DNA of 64,000 bases from Flavobacteriales bacterium (lineage in GTDB: Bacteria; Bacteroidota; Bacteroidia; Flavobacteriales_D; Sanyastnellaceae), in NCBI GenBank assembly GCA_947466425.1, contig CANIBZ010000008.1, positions 6,406-70,405 of the forward strand. Reading direction: 5' to 3'. The notes beneath the pieces are model-generated. The model was given only the letters and a program-made list of their open reading frames with translations, made no database searches and was not told the origin of the DNA. The position numbers and the translations under genes were made by a program. Each line of letters starts with the position of its first letter. The stretch's first letter is position 1. Of the stretch, positions 10,001-18,225 are shown in pieces.

Positions 10001-10219
10001 GACATTCAAGTGAACGTGCGCGAAGTGGCTCGTCCAGATCGAATTCATTTAGGGAAAGACTATGTTGAAGTGTATGACTTCAAGACAGGAGCAGAAATGG
10101 ACAAGCATTTTCAACAAGTGAAAAACTACATGTCTGCGCTACAAGCCGCAACGGACAAGCCTGTTCGTGGATATTTAGCTTACACGAAAACCGGTACGTT
10201 GAAAGAAGTTGCGCTCTAA
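7097..10219 (+). CDS. UvrD/AddA-type helicase fused to a C-terminal PD-(D/E)XK (RecB-like) nuclease
   Basis: About 1040 aa. Walker A SSAGSGKTYAL, DEFQDTS (motif II), RRSG, LTIHKSKGLQFPVV and LLYVALTRPEDRL helicase motifs. The C-terminal RPDRI...VYDFKTG...QQVKNY matches a RecB nuclease motif. ATG at 7097 is preferred over TTG at 7094. Confidence 0.8.
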   Translation: MEKEPFLVLKSSAGSGKTYALVRHFLFLSLKSEEAFAYSHILAITFTNAAASEMKERVMERLHEFTFPKALEGKNELFNDIRKELDVSPMILQERARKTLSHMLHNYSRLSISTIDSFTHRIVRAFAKDLQIHPDFSIEMDTEKFLEQCVDACLDEVGQDTELTTYLENYVMSNFEEEEDWNVKKGMLGISRQLVKEDARSIIGLFENLHITEYETIKKAFQNKLQELTQELFDRLDTVLNLIEEKNLTPQDFFNSGRGTISYLRKIRSGGFENPGSNLFKVLEKGWGKPNQAEVEAMNGLLNETAEYAIEWVSGDKKHEFNRIIKILPRIFTIGLLSKLSEVSQRIKTEENLLLISDFHAIVSAVVQESTAPFIYERAGERFHHILIDEFQDTSEMQWKNFLPLFENAIAQGNFNLVVGDGKQSIYRWRNGNVEQFVRLPKLYDGASDTMQHLLNDAYKEEVLNTNRRSGKAIIEFNNTLFGALKEKLGPLQDVYDKHEQECSKDHPGYVEVQTTVVDRKDSGDLHMLNGIVDAIRECKADGYEWGDIAILTRKGKSESTKISEFILQQTEKIPLTTEDSFLVQNSNEVQLLMACINYFGKETENFYRFNLIRRICDVFPDKFNYSEIISTYVEQLEKGKLRFKVNEFLDENYPGLRNIVKDNAHPFECIQELIRYFQLPFDVYLEFFENQLLQLSHKNGMGFSEMTDWWNDNRGKLYIQSGAKQNAVRILTIHKSKGLQFPVVIFPKFDTKHPNQTLWVQAPDVHPGFTKGLINFTPTKSPKEDEPEEIRTENNKILLDDMNLLYVALTRPEDRLYFLTESKPSSTNSALNTYLYDYFNTHHAGLNKFHFGEKVLHVKEEKEEERAVALLDGTRLNAVQPDFRMRETKRKDMDGKEALVMGNHLHACLSTLNHFNTWEVSLSNYIFEHTELQQNEKELLSNQVKATLMNDSFQQIFNTTDEVLTEHDIQVNVREVARPDRIHLGKDYVEVYDFKTGAEMDKHFQQVKNYMSALQAATDKPVRGYLAYTKTGTLKEVAL

Positions 10220-11509
10220 TTATTTAGCACACAACGCCTCAATCTCTTCCACTTCCAACGGGAAATTCGCGAATAAATCGCGGTTTCCGTTTTCGGTAAT
10301 AACAATGTTATTCTCTAAACGAATGCCTAAATTTTCTTCTGGAATATAAATGCCCGGTTCAACGGTAAAGACGTTTCCTACTTCAATAGGTTTGTTCCAA
10401 TTTCCAACATCGTGAACATCTAATCCCAAGAAGTGAGAAGTTCCGTGCATGAAATATTTCTTATATGCAGGCCAAGAAGAGCTTTGATTCTTCACGTCTT
10501 CTTCCGAAATCAAATTCAACTTCAACAATTCAACGGTCATCATCTCGCCTACTGCCACGTGGTATTCAGACATGATTACACCTGGCTTCAAAAAAGCCGT
10601 AGCTTGTTTCATAACTGAGAGAACTGCGTTGTAAACGTCCTTCTGACGCTCTGTGAATTTTCCACTTACAGGCAAACAGCGAGTCATGTCAGCAGAGTAA
10701 TTTCCATACTCGGCGCCTACATCTAGAAGTATTACATCACCTTCTTTACAAGGTTTGTCATTGTCTATGTAATGCAAAACACAAGCACTTTCACCTGATG
10801 CAATAATTGGCGTATAACCAAATCCGCGAGAACCATTGCTTAAAAACTCGTGAGCAAATTCCGCTTCAATCACATATTCCATAACACCTGGACGTATCAA
10901 TTTCATCACACGCAACAAACCGTTGTGCGTAATGTCCACTGCCTTTTGAATTTGTGCAATTTCCTCTTCGTCTTTCACAGCGCGCAAAGCGTGCATGATT
11001 GGAGCCGATCTGTCAATAGTATGATGAGGATATTTTTCACGGAACCATTTAGACAAGCGCATTTCACGCGTCTGTACCTCAATGGTAGCGCGTGAATGCT
11101 CGTTGCTATTCAAGTAAATTGAAGAGGCTTCACCGATAACGGTATGAAGCATTTTCTCGAACTCAGTGGTCCAGTAAATGGTGTTTACTCCAGTGCGATC
11201 TTTCGCTTGCGCCTTATTCAATTTCGCTCCTTCCCAAACAGCAATGTGATCATTCGTTTCGCGAACAAAAAGCATTTCTCTATGTGCAGGATTTGTAGCA
11301 TCTGGAAACAGAATCAACATGGTTTCTTCCTGATCAACACCCGTCAAATAAAAAATATCGCTGTGCTGCTTAAACGGCAAAGTACCGTCGGCGCTGGTTG
11401 GATAAATATCGTTACTCGTAAAAATAGCCAACCCTTTCTCTTCCATGCGAGAAGCGAAGCGTTTGCGATTGTTTGAATAATGAGTTGAAGAAAGAGCTGT
11501 GTAACGCAT
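10220..11509 (-). CDS. Xaa-Pro aminopeptidase (M24B family)
   Basis: 429 aa. M24B signatures DVGAEYGNYSADMTR, HGTSHFLGLDVHD and VEPGIY. Confidence 0.85.
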   Translation of the reverse strand: MRYTALSSTHYSNNRKRFASRMEEKGLAIFTSNDIYPTSADGTLPFKQHSDIFYLTGVDQEETMLILFPDATNPAHREMLFVRETNDHIAVWEGAKLNKAQAKDRTGVNTIYWTTEFEKMLHTVIGEASSIYLNSNEHSRATIEVQTREMRLSKWFREKYPHHTIDRSAPIMHALRAVKDEEEIAQIQKAVDITHNGLLRVMKLIRPGVMEYVIEAEFAHEFLSNGSRGFGYTPIIASGESACVLHYIDNDKPCKEGDVILLDVGAEYGNYSADMTRCLPVSGKFTERQKDVYNAVLSVMKQATAFLKPGVIMSEYHVAVGEMMTVELLKLNLISEEDVKNQSSSWPAYKKYFMHGTSHFLGLDVHDVGNWNKPIEVGNVFTVEPGIYIPEENLGIRLENNIVITENGNRDLFANFPLEVEEIEALCAK

Positions 11510-11517
11510 AATATAAA

Positions 11518-13566
11518 TTACAATTTGACAAATCTAATAGAGTTTCCCTTACTTGTGGAATTAAATGGATGAATGGTATAAACGCCGGAAGAAAGGTCAG
11601 AAACTTCAAGTGTATTCCAAACATTCAGACTTAAAGCAGAAATAATCTTAATGGTTCTTCCTGTTGCATCTTGAATAGCAACATGAGTTGTGCCCTCACT
11701 CAACGCATTAACACGCAAACGAATTTCATTCGATGCTGGATTCGGAAATACTTCGGTTGATGTCGTGAGAAGATTAGTGAGTTCCGATACATTTATCCCC
11801 TGAACGCAAGATCCGTATACATAGGAAGGAATTCTTTCCGCGTTGTTGTTAATGATATCTACAACTTCATCTATACAAATTTCATTATTCCCATAATTTG
11901 CTAAATAAACTCGGCACAAGCTGATGGGGGAAAAACTGTTCTCGATTTTATTTCCGTAAATATTGGAGACGGCGAAAACAGATTCTGTAAAGGTGTTGAA
12001 TCCTGTTTCACAACTGAAAATAGTAGGATCTATTAAACTAGAAACTCCAATAACGTCTGCACCTGAAACTTCAAATTGATAGGCAGTTACATCATCAATC
12101 GCGCTGACCAATTCAACATCTATATATCCTTCAGTATCATTAAAATTCGAAATAGACAAACCTGCTGAAGTGTTCACATTCACTATGTTTCTAGGAAAAT
12201 CGCATGCGTTCGTAAGAGTAGAACCGCCATTTCCACCGTTCATGCACCATTGTGCTAAAAATATATCATAGACAGAAATTTCACCATTTGCATTTAAGTC
12301 ATTGCAAGTTGTTGCGATAATACTTTCTTGCGATAAAATTCCCATATAGACACTAACATCTGACACATTTAAATCGTTATCTGGATTAACATCTCCAAAA
12401 ATTGATGGCCCGTTACACATGCCATTGCAATCCAATTCAGCCGATCCGTTCAGGTTTCCCGCACAATCCACGTATGAAGGGCAATCTGACATTAATTGAA
12501 ACGTTGGTACTCCATTGTTCCAAAAAATTTCTAGGCAAATTGAAACCGCATTGTTCTGTGTGTTGCTCTCATATCTACCTAAAGCATCAGGCAAGTAGTT
12601 GGGGTTTACCAATGCTACGAAGCGGTATTGACCTGCTGGAATTTCAGTAATATCTAGCCATTGGCATTGTGTACCGGCGCCATAGACATCGTAACATCCT
12701 GAGGATATTCCCATGTCTGAACAATTGTACTGACCCATGCCGCAAAGATCCATGACACAGAATCCGTTTTTATGCCCTACAGGAACCAAATCTCCATTGG
12801 AATCCATTAATCTATAATCACCATAACCTTCGTAGTGGGCATGACCATGACAATTCACAGTGCTAAACATTTGAGGATTTGATGCTGGATTTCCTATGTA
12901 ATAATCGGCTTGTCCGATGTTGTCAATTTTAGAGCTAAATCCGATGATCCATCGATTTCCATACCCTGTAACACAGCCCTCCTGAATATCGCAACTAGCT
13001 GCAGCAATTTGACTAATGTAAAGTGAATTCACTAGGGCCAAACTGTCAAATCTCAAATCGGGTTGCGAGCAAAGGTCACTTGGAAAAAATGCACATGAAC
13101 CGTCATCAGCAGTAGCCATTGGATTGAAATTACACGCCGTTGGATTTGTACAGCCGAAAATTTGACCCTGGTAAGAAATACTAAAATTTACCGAAGCGGG
13201 ACAGTCTGTATAATAATCACCAATTCTAATAAAATAGGTTGTTCCCGCAATGAGGTTTACCTCGAGGTAAGCCTGCAAACCACAATAATCATCGTTGTAA
13301 GAATAAGTCCCTTCGGCCCACTCAGTGGGAGCCGCAATGCACGCTGAATAAACCCAAATTTTGGTATCGCAACTGTTGCTTCCACAAGTTGAAATGACCG
13401 TAATTCCTGATTCACTCGGAGTATAGGTATACCAAGTATCTTCGAAATCCGCTACATAACTTCCGATTGTTGTTAGTGGAATGGGATTATCGCAAGTTGT
13501 TCCTTGCTGCGCATGAACCGATAGTATCAGAGCAACACCTGCAAAAAATAAAATTAGTTTCTTCAT
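11518..13566 (-). CDS. Secreted lysyl-oxidase-like copper amine oxidase domain protein with dockerin-like repeats and a T9SS C-terminal sorting domain
   Basis: 682 aa with a signal peptide. Residues ~168-345 match the LOX catalytic domain by eye: NCHGHAHYEGYGDYRL, GHKNGFCVMD and GCYDVYGAGTQCQWLDITEIPAGQY. Dockerin-like DVNPDNDLNVSDVSVY and DLNANGEISVYDIFL. The C-terminal VFPNPASNEIRLRV...GVYTI is a T9SS CTD. Confidence 0.8.
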   Translation of the reverse strand: MKKLILFFAGVALILSVHAQQGTTCDNPIPLTTIGSYVADFEDTWYTYTPSESGITVISTCGSNSCDTKIWVYSACIAAPTEWAEGTYSYNDDYCGLQAYLEVNLIAGTTYFIRIGDYYTDCPASVNFSISYQGQIFGCTNPTACNFNPMATADDGSCAFFPSDLCSQPDLRFDSLALVNSLYISQIAAASCDIQEGCVTGYGNRWIIGFSSKIDNIGQADYYIGNPASNPQMFSTVNCHGHAHYEGYGDYRLMDSNGDLVPVGHKNGFCVMDLCGMGQYNCSDMGISSGCYDVYGAGTQCQWLDITEIPAGQYRFVALVNPNYLPDALGRYESNTQNNAVSICLEIFWNNGVPTFQLMSDCPSYVDCAGNLNGSAELDCNGMCNGPSIFGDVNPDNDLNVSDVSVYMGILSQESIIATTCNDLNANGEISVYDIFLAQWCMNGGNGGSTLTNACDFPRNIVNVNTSAGLSISNFNDTEGYIDVELVSAIDDVTAYQFEVSGADVIGVSSLIDPTIFSCETGFNTFTESVFAVSNIYGNKIENSFSPISLCRVYLANYGNNEICIDEVVDIINNNAERIPSYVYGSCVQGINVSELTNLLTTSTEVFPNPASNEIRLRVNALSEGTTHVAIQDATGRTIKIISALSLNVWNTLEVSDLSSGVYTIHPFNSTSKGNSIRFVKL

Positions 13567-13631
13567 AGTTCAGATTAAGATTCCCGAAGTTAACAAATTC
13601 CACTTGAAAGCTCTTTGCTAATTCCGACAAT

Positions 13632-14339
13632 TCATTTCAAGTCTAAGCCCTTATCCTTTTTCTTATTGAATTCCCACTTATATCCCGTGAGAATCACAAA
13701 ATCCATATCGGCATTCGAAAGATCGCGTTGCACCAAATACCCAACAGAGAAGGCATTCGACTTATCTAGCTTATATTTCAAAGAAAGCTGGCTACGCCAA
13801 TTCGTATTCTCAAGAGTAATGGGTAGAAAGAAAATTTCGTGGCTTATTTGAATTCCGAAATTCTCCCATCCGCCATATTCTAAACTTACCTTTTGACGCC
13901 AAGTAGACTTCATATCTACATCGCTTGAAAGAACTTGCGCGAACTGATAACGCGTGGTAGAAGACAATTTAAAATCTTTTATTGGAAGAGATAGTTGCCC
14001 GCCCATAGACCATCGGGTTCTTAAGTTATACCAAGACTCTTCGCGTTTAGTTCCAAGACGATACTCTACAGATGTCAGAACATACTTCGACCATTTTTTT
14101 TCGGTTCCCAAATCCACGAAATAACCATTCAAGCGAGAACAATTTTCATCGAACCGCATTTCAGGATCAACATGCACCGACCAATCTTTAAAAATTTTTG
14201 GATCCTTCCACGGAGTTAAATCTTTGATGTCGCTGGAAAAGGAAAAGGCATTCCACATTCCTGCATCGTTGACATTCTGCGCAGAACCAAACGAAGCGAG
14301 AAGAACAAAAAAAAGTAACGCGCTATTAAGGCGTGTCAT
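13632..14339 (-). CDS. Predicted outer-membrane beta-barrel-like protein (possibly DUF2490-like)
   Basis: 235 aa. Signal peptide (FVLLASFGSAQ) and an alternating amphipathic, aromatic-rich pattern. The family assignment is tentative. Confidence 0.35.
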   Translation of the reverse strand: MTRLNSALLFFVLLASFGSAQNVNDAGMWNAFSFSSDIKDLTPWKDPKIFKDWSVHVDPEMRFDENCSRLNGYFVDLGTEKKWSKYVLTSVEYRLGTKREESWYNLRTRWSMGGQLSLPIKDFKLSSTTRYQFAQVLSSDVDMKSTWRQKVSLEYGGWENFGIQISHEIFFLPITLENTNWRSQLSLKYKLDKSNAFSVGYLVQRDLSNADMDFVILTGYKWEFNKKKDKGLDLK

Positions 14340-14742
14340 AGATGGTTAAATCTGAAACAATCGCGTGGTCTTCGTTGTCTGTGAGTTCAACCTCTTTCAG
14401 CACAACCATTTTCATTGGATCTGTAGTCGGTGGATTTTGTCCTGTTGTGTCTCTGCTGTAGGTATAAACGGTGTATTTTCCTTTGCGAAGATTTCTGAAT
14501 TCGAAATTTCCTTCGTAATCAGACATCACTTTGTCGTCTGGAGAAAGATGTTCACCATAGACAATGTAAACTTCCACATCTGCTGCAGGTACGGTATATA
14601 TTGCAGTAGCCGGATTGGTTAAAACCACACGATACTCCTTCAAAATAGTTCCTGAAATAGTGCCTGCCCCTCCTGTTCCTGGATCTTTCGTACACGCCGC
14701 AAACAAGGATGTTACGACTAACAAGAAAATTATTTTTTTCAT
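14326..14742 (-). CDS. Small lipoprotein, carboxypeptidase-regulatory-like beta-sandwich (hypothetical)
   Basis: 138 aa. Lipobox LFAAC, and GNFEFRNLRKGKYTVY resembles CarboxypepD_reg-type folds. Its start overlaps the yebC stop by 1 nt (TAATG). Confidence 0.4.
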   Translation of the reverse strand: MKKIIFLLVVTSLFAACTKDPGTGGAGTISGTILKEYRVVLTNPATAIYTVPAADVEVYIVYGEHLSPDDKVMSDYEGNFEFRNLRKGKYTVYTYSRDTTGQNPPTTDPMKMVVLKEVELTDNEDHAIVSDLTIYDTP

Positions 14743-15452
14743 TATCCTAAATTGTGATAGACTGCTAGAACATCTTCGTCGGCCTCAATCTTTTCAATCA
14801 ATTCTAAAATCTCATCGGTTTGTTCTTCAGTAATCTCCGCGTAGGTATTTGGAATTCTCTCCAATCCAGCTTTAGTTGGAACAATTCCGCGGTCTTCTAA
14901 AGCCTTCTGCATATTTCCAAAGTCTGAAAACGCCGTATAAACAACCATTTCATTCTCCTCCTGCTCTGAACTATCAAGTCCGTGATCAATCAATTCCAAT
15001 TCCAATTCTTCCCAAGAAGGAATTTGATCCATGGCCAATCTGAAAACACCTTTGCGTTCAAAAATGAAAGACAATGAGCCGCTGTTTCCCATGAGCCCAC
15101 CGCTCCTATTGAAATACAAACGAATATTTGCGACAGTTCTTGTCGGATTGTCGGTAGCTGTTTCAACTAAAATTGGAATTCCGTAAGGACCATATCCTTC
15201 GTAAACTACCTCTTCATAGTTACTTGCATCTTTACTAGAAGCTCTTTTGATTGCGGCATCCACGCGATCTTTGGGCATATTCACACCCTTGGCGTTAGAT
15301 ACACACTGACGCAAACGTGGGTTGTAAGACGGGTCCGGCCCACCGGCCTTCACGGCCATTGCAATTTCTTTTCCTATGCGCGTAAAGGCTTTAGCCATGC
15401 GATCATAGCGCGCGAACATCTTGTGCTTTCGCTTTTCAAACATTCTTCCCAT
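14742..15452 (-). CDS. yebC: YebC/PmpR family DNA-binding transcriptional regulator
   Basis: 236 aa. The N-terminus (MGRMFEKRKHKMFARYDRMAKAFTRIGKEI) and overall length are typical of the YebC family. Confidence 0.85.
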   Translation of the reverse strand: MGRMFEKRKHKMFARYDRMAKAFTRIGKEIAMAVKAGGPDPSYNPRLRQCVSNAKGVNMPKDRVDAAIKRASSKDASNYEEVVYEGYGPYGIPILVETATDNPTRTVANIRLYFNRSGGLMGNSGSLSFIFERKGVFRLAMDQIPSWEELELELIDHGLDSSEQEENEMVVYTAFSDFGNMQKALEDRGIVPTKAGLERIPNTYAEITEEQTDEILELIEKIEADEDVLAVYHNLG

Positions 15453-15493
15453 AAGACAAATCTATTTTCGGTCCTTTCGAACAAAAATACAAC

Positions 15494-16555
15494 TTATGCG
15501 GCTCCTAAAATACGTAAATGGCTAATGTGTGCCCGAACGGCAGATAATACATTCGGATATTCTTGATATTCCAACCCAAATTCTTCACAGGTGTCTCGCA
15601 CAATTCCGCTAATTGCCGGATAATGTATATGACTTATTCTCGGAAAAAGATGGTGCTCTACTTGGAAATTCAATCCACCTGTTAACCAAGAAACAAGCTT
15701 ATTTTTTGTAGCGAAGTTTGCGGTAGTGTTCAATTGGTGAACGGCCCATTCGTCTTTCAACGTTCGACCTTGAGTCTCTGGCAAATGAAAAGACCTTCCT
15801 TCAACAATGTGAGCCAATTGAAACACAACTGCGATAATCCATCCCGTAACAAAAAGCATAACTCCATATCCAACTAATGCCTTAACCCAACCTACAACTA
15901 GAAGTGGAGTTACTAAAAAAACCGCCACGTAGAACGACTTGCTCACCCAAAAAATGATATGCTCGCTGCGCGGAATTTTACGGATTGCCGTCTCACCAAT
16001 TTTCCGAGTGAAATACTTATTGAAATCCTTTATGTACACCCATAAAAAGTAGGTGGTACCGTAAATTAATGCCCAATAAATGTGTTGATATTTATGGAAC
16101 CAATACTTTTTCTGTTGCTCATTTACACGTAAAAAAGGCTCTACATCAATATCCTCATCTACCCCATGAACGTTGGTATAAACGTGATGAAGCTGGTTGT
16201 GCTTCAGCTTCCATAAAAAAACATTTCCACCAATAATATTCAATGAGTACCCCATCATCTGGTTCACCCAAGACTTGGAAGAGAAACTTCCATGAGCACT
16301 GTCATGCATTAAATTGAAACCAATGGCGGAAAATATCATCCCCAATATTGCCCACAAAATCAGTTGCGCAGACCACGATTGAAAAAGCAAAAGAGAGGCG
16401 TAAACAACGGCTATAGAAACCAAAAGCAGGGTAGCTTTTGTATAAATTTTCCAATTACCAGTTCTGCTAATTCCTTTCGTTGTGAAATACTGTTCAACAC
16501 GCGTGTTCAATGTATCGAAAAACGGGTGTGGCTGATTACCTAGTGAAAATGCCAA
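15494..16555 (-). CDS. Membrane fatty-acid desaturase, front-end-type histidine boxes
   Basis: 353 aa. His boxes HDSAHG, HNQLHH and QVEHHLFP (Q-type third box), with several TM segments. TTG is the only start after an in-frame TAA, and an AAGGAG lies 8 nt upstream of it. Confidence 0.8.
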   Translation of the reverse strand: MAFSLGNQPHPFFDTLNTRVEQYFTTKGISRTGNWKIYTKATLLLVSIAVVYASLLLFQSWSAQLILWAILGMIFSAIGFNLMHDSAHGSFSSKSWVNQMMGYSLNIIGGNVFLWKLKHNQLHHVYTNVHGVDEDIDVEPFLRVNEQQKKYWFHKYQHIYWALIYGTTYFLWVYIKDFNKYFTRKIGETAIRKIPRSEHIIFWVSKSFYVAVFLVTPLLVVGWVKALVGYGVMLFVTGWIIAVVFQLAHIVEGRSFHLPETQGRTLKDEWAVHQLNTTANFATKNKLVSWLTGGLNFQVEHHLFPRISHIHYPAISGIVRDTCEEFGLEYQEYPNVLSAVRAHISHLRILGAA

Positions 16556-16581
16556 AGTATGATCTCCTTATATTGTGTAAT

Positions 16582-16589
16582 CAAATATA
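16582..16589 (-). promoter_or_regulatory. Bacteroidota-type -7 promoter box (TATATTTG = TAnnTTTG) for the desaturase gene
   Basis: Exact TAnnTTTG match on the minus strand, about 27 nt upstream of the TTG start. Confidence 0.4.
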
Positions 16590-16701
16590 CGGCTCGAAAA
16601 GTTGCACAAAATTAAAATATGAGAATTATCTCCCCTTGTTGAAAAAAGCAAAGCTAATTACCTGATTTACATTGTAAATTCGCCACTTAATTTTCAATGC
16701 C

Positions 16702-18225
16702 GTGAATAAAAGAATTTCTTCTGCCCTTATTTCAGTGTTTGATAAAGATGGATTAGCGCCAATTGTTGAGCAAATGCACCTCTTAGGCATAACATTATAT
16801 AGTACGGGTGGTACCCAAACCTTCATTGAAAACATGGGTATTCCTGTCACGGCAGTTGAAGATTTAACCGGATACCCGAGCATTTTTGGAGGACGAGTGA
16901 AGACTCTTCACCCTGGTGTTTTGGGCGGAATCTTATACCGCAGAGATGAGGCTCAGGACCTTGAAGAGGCTGCGAAATATAACATTCCAGCTATCGATTG
17001 CGTGATCGTTGATTTATATCCGTTTGAAAAAACTGTTGCTTCAGGGGCTTCGCATGAAGACATCATCGAGAAGATTGACATTGGAGGAATTGCACTTATT
17101 CGCGGGGCTGCAAAAAACTTCAACGATGTTGTCATTGTTCCTTCGAAAAATGAATACAGCGCACTTCATGAATTGCTTGTCAATCAAAAGGGAGAGACTT
17201 CTCTCGAGCAAAGACAATACTTCGCGAAACAAGCCTTCGAAGTTTCTTCACATTACGATTCTGCTATTTACACTTATTTCAAAGGAGACCAAGACGGTTC
17301 TCTTCGCATAGCTTCACGCAACGCGCATGTTTTACGCTATGGTGAAAATCCTCATCAGAAAGGATGTTTCTTTGGTGACCTCGATGCTTTGTTCACGAAG
17401 CTTAACGGAAAGGAACTTTCCTACAACAATTTATTAGATGTTGAAGCCGCGGTTCAGTTGATTGCTGAATTCAAAAACGACTCTCCAACATTTGCTATCC
17501 TAAAACACAACAATGCATGCGGCGTGGCAACAAGATCGTCTATGGTTGAGGCTTATGAAGCAGCATTAGCCTGCGACAGCACCTCTGCTTTCGGCGGTGT
17601 ACTCATTGCAAATGGCGAAATAGATTTAGCTACAGCTGAAAAAATAAATTCACTTTTTTGTGAAGTTGTGATTGCTCCTTCATTCGCAAATGAAGCAGTT
17701 GAATTATTGAAATTAAAAGCGAATCGAATCATTCTAATCATAAAAGAAACTCCCCTTCTTCAAACCCAAGTAAGATCTATTTTGAATGGATACTTGGTTC
17801 AAGAAAAAGACAGTGCAACAGAATCAGCCACCGACTTAAAATGTGCAACGTATACAGAAGCGAGCGCTGCATCCATTGAAGACATGATCTTCGCAAATAA
17901 ATTGGTGAAACACACAAAGAGTAACACCATTGTTTTTGCAAAAGACAACACCTTACTTGCAAGTGGAACAGGACAAACTTCTCGAGTAGATGCGCTTCAA
18001 CAAGCCATTGAAAAAGCGAAACATTTTGGATTTTCTTTGGAAGGAAGTGCAATGGCCAGCGATGCATTTTTTCCTTTTCCAGATTGCGTAGAAATTGCGA
18101 AGAATGCAGGGATTGTTGCAGTGGTTCAACCGGGAGGGTCAATAAAAGATCAGCTTTCAATAGACTATTGCAATGCGAACAACGTGGCCATGTACATGAC
18201 AGGTGTTCGTCACTTCAAACATTAA
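16702..18225 (+). CDS. purH: Bifunctional AICAR transformylase / IMP cyclohydrolase
   Basis: 507 aa with full-length PurH features (ALISVFDKDGL, GGRVKTLHP, RYGENPHQ, QPGGSIKD). GTG start. Confidence 0.95.
   Translation: MNKRISSALISVFDKDGLAPIVEQMHLLGITLYSTGGTQTFIENMGIPVTAVEDLTGYPSIFGGRVKTLHPGVLGGILYRRDEAQDLEEAAKYNIPAIDCVIVDLYPFEKTVASGASHEDIIEKIDIGGIALIRGAAKNFNDVVIVPSKNEYSALHELLVNQKGETSLEQRQYFAKQAFEVSSHYDSAIYTYFKGDQDGSLRIASRNAHVLRYGENPHQKGCFFGDLDALFTKLNGKELSYNNLLDVEAAVQLIAEFKNDSPTFAILKHNNACGVATRSSMVEAYEAALACDSTSAFGGVLIANGEIDLATAEKINSLFCEVVIAPSFANEAVELLKLKANRIILIIKETPLLQTQVRSILNGYLVQEKDSATESATDLKCATYTEASAASIEDMIFANKLVKHTKSNTIVFAKDNTLLASGTGQTSRVDALQQAIEKAKHFGFSLEGSAMASDAFFPFPDCVEIAKNAGIVAVVQPGGSIKDQLSIDYCNANNVAMYMTGVRHFKH

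Noticed and set aside
17777-18160. 127-aa minus-strand ORF, and other antisense ORFs inside purH
   Set aside because: They are antisense to a full-length, highly recognisable purH.
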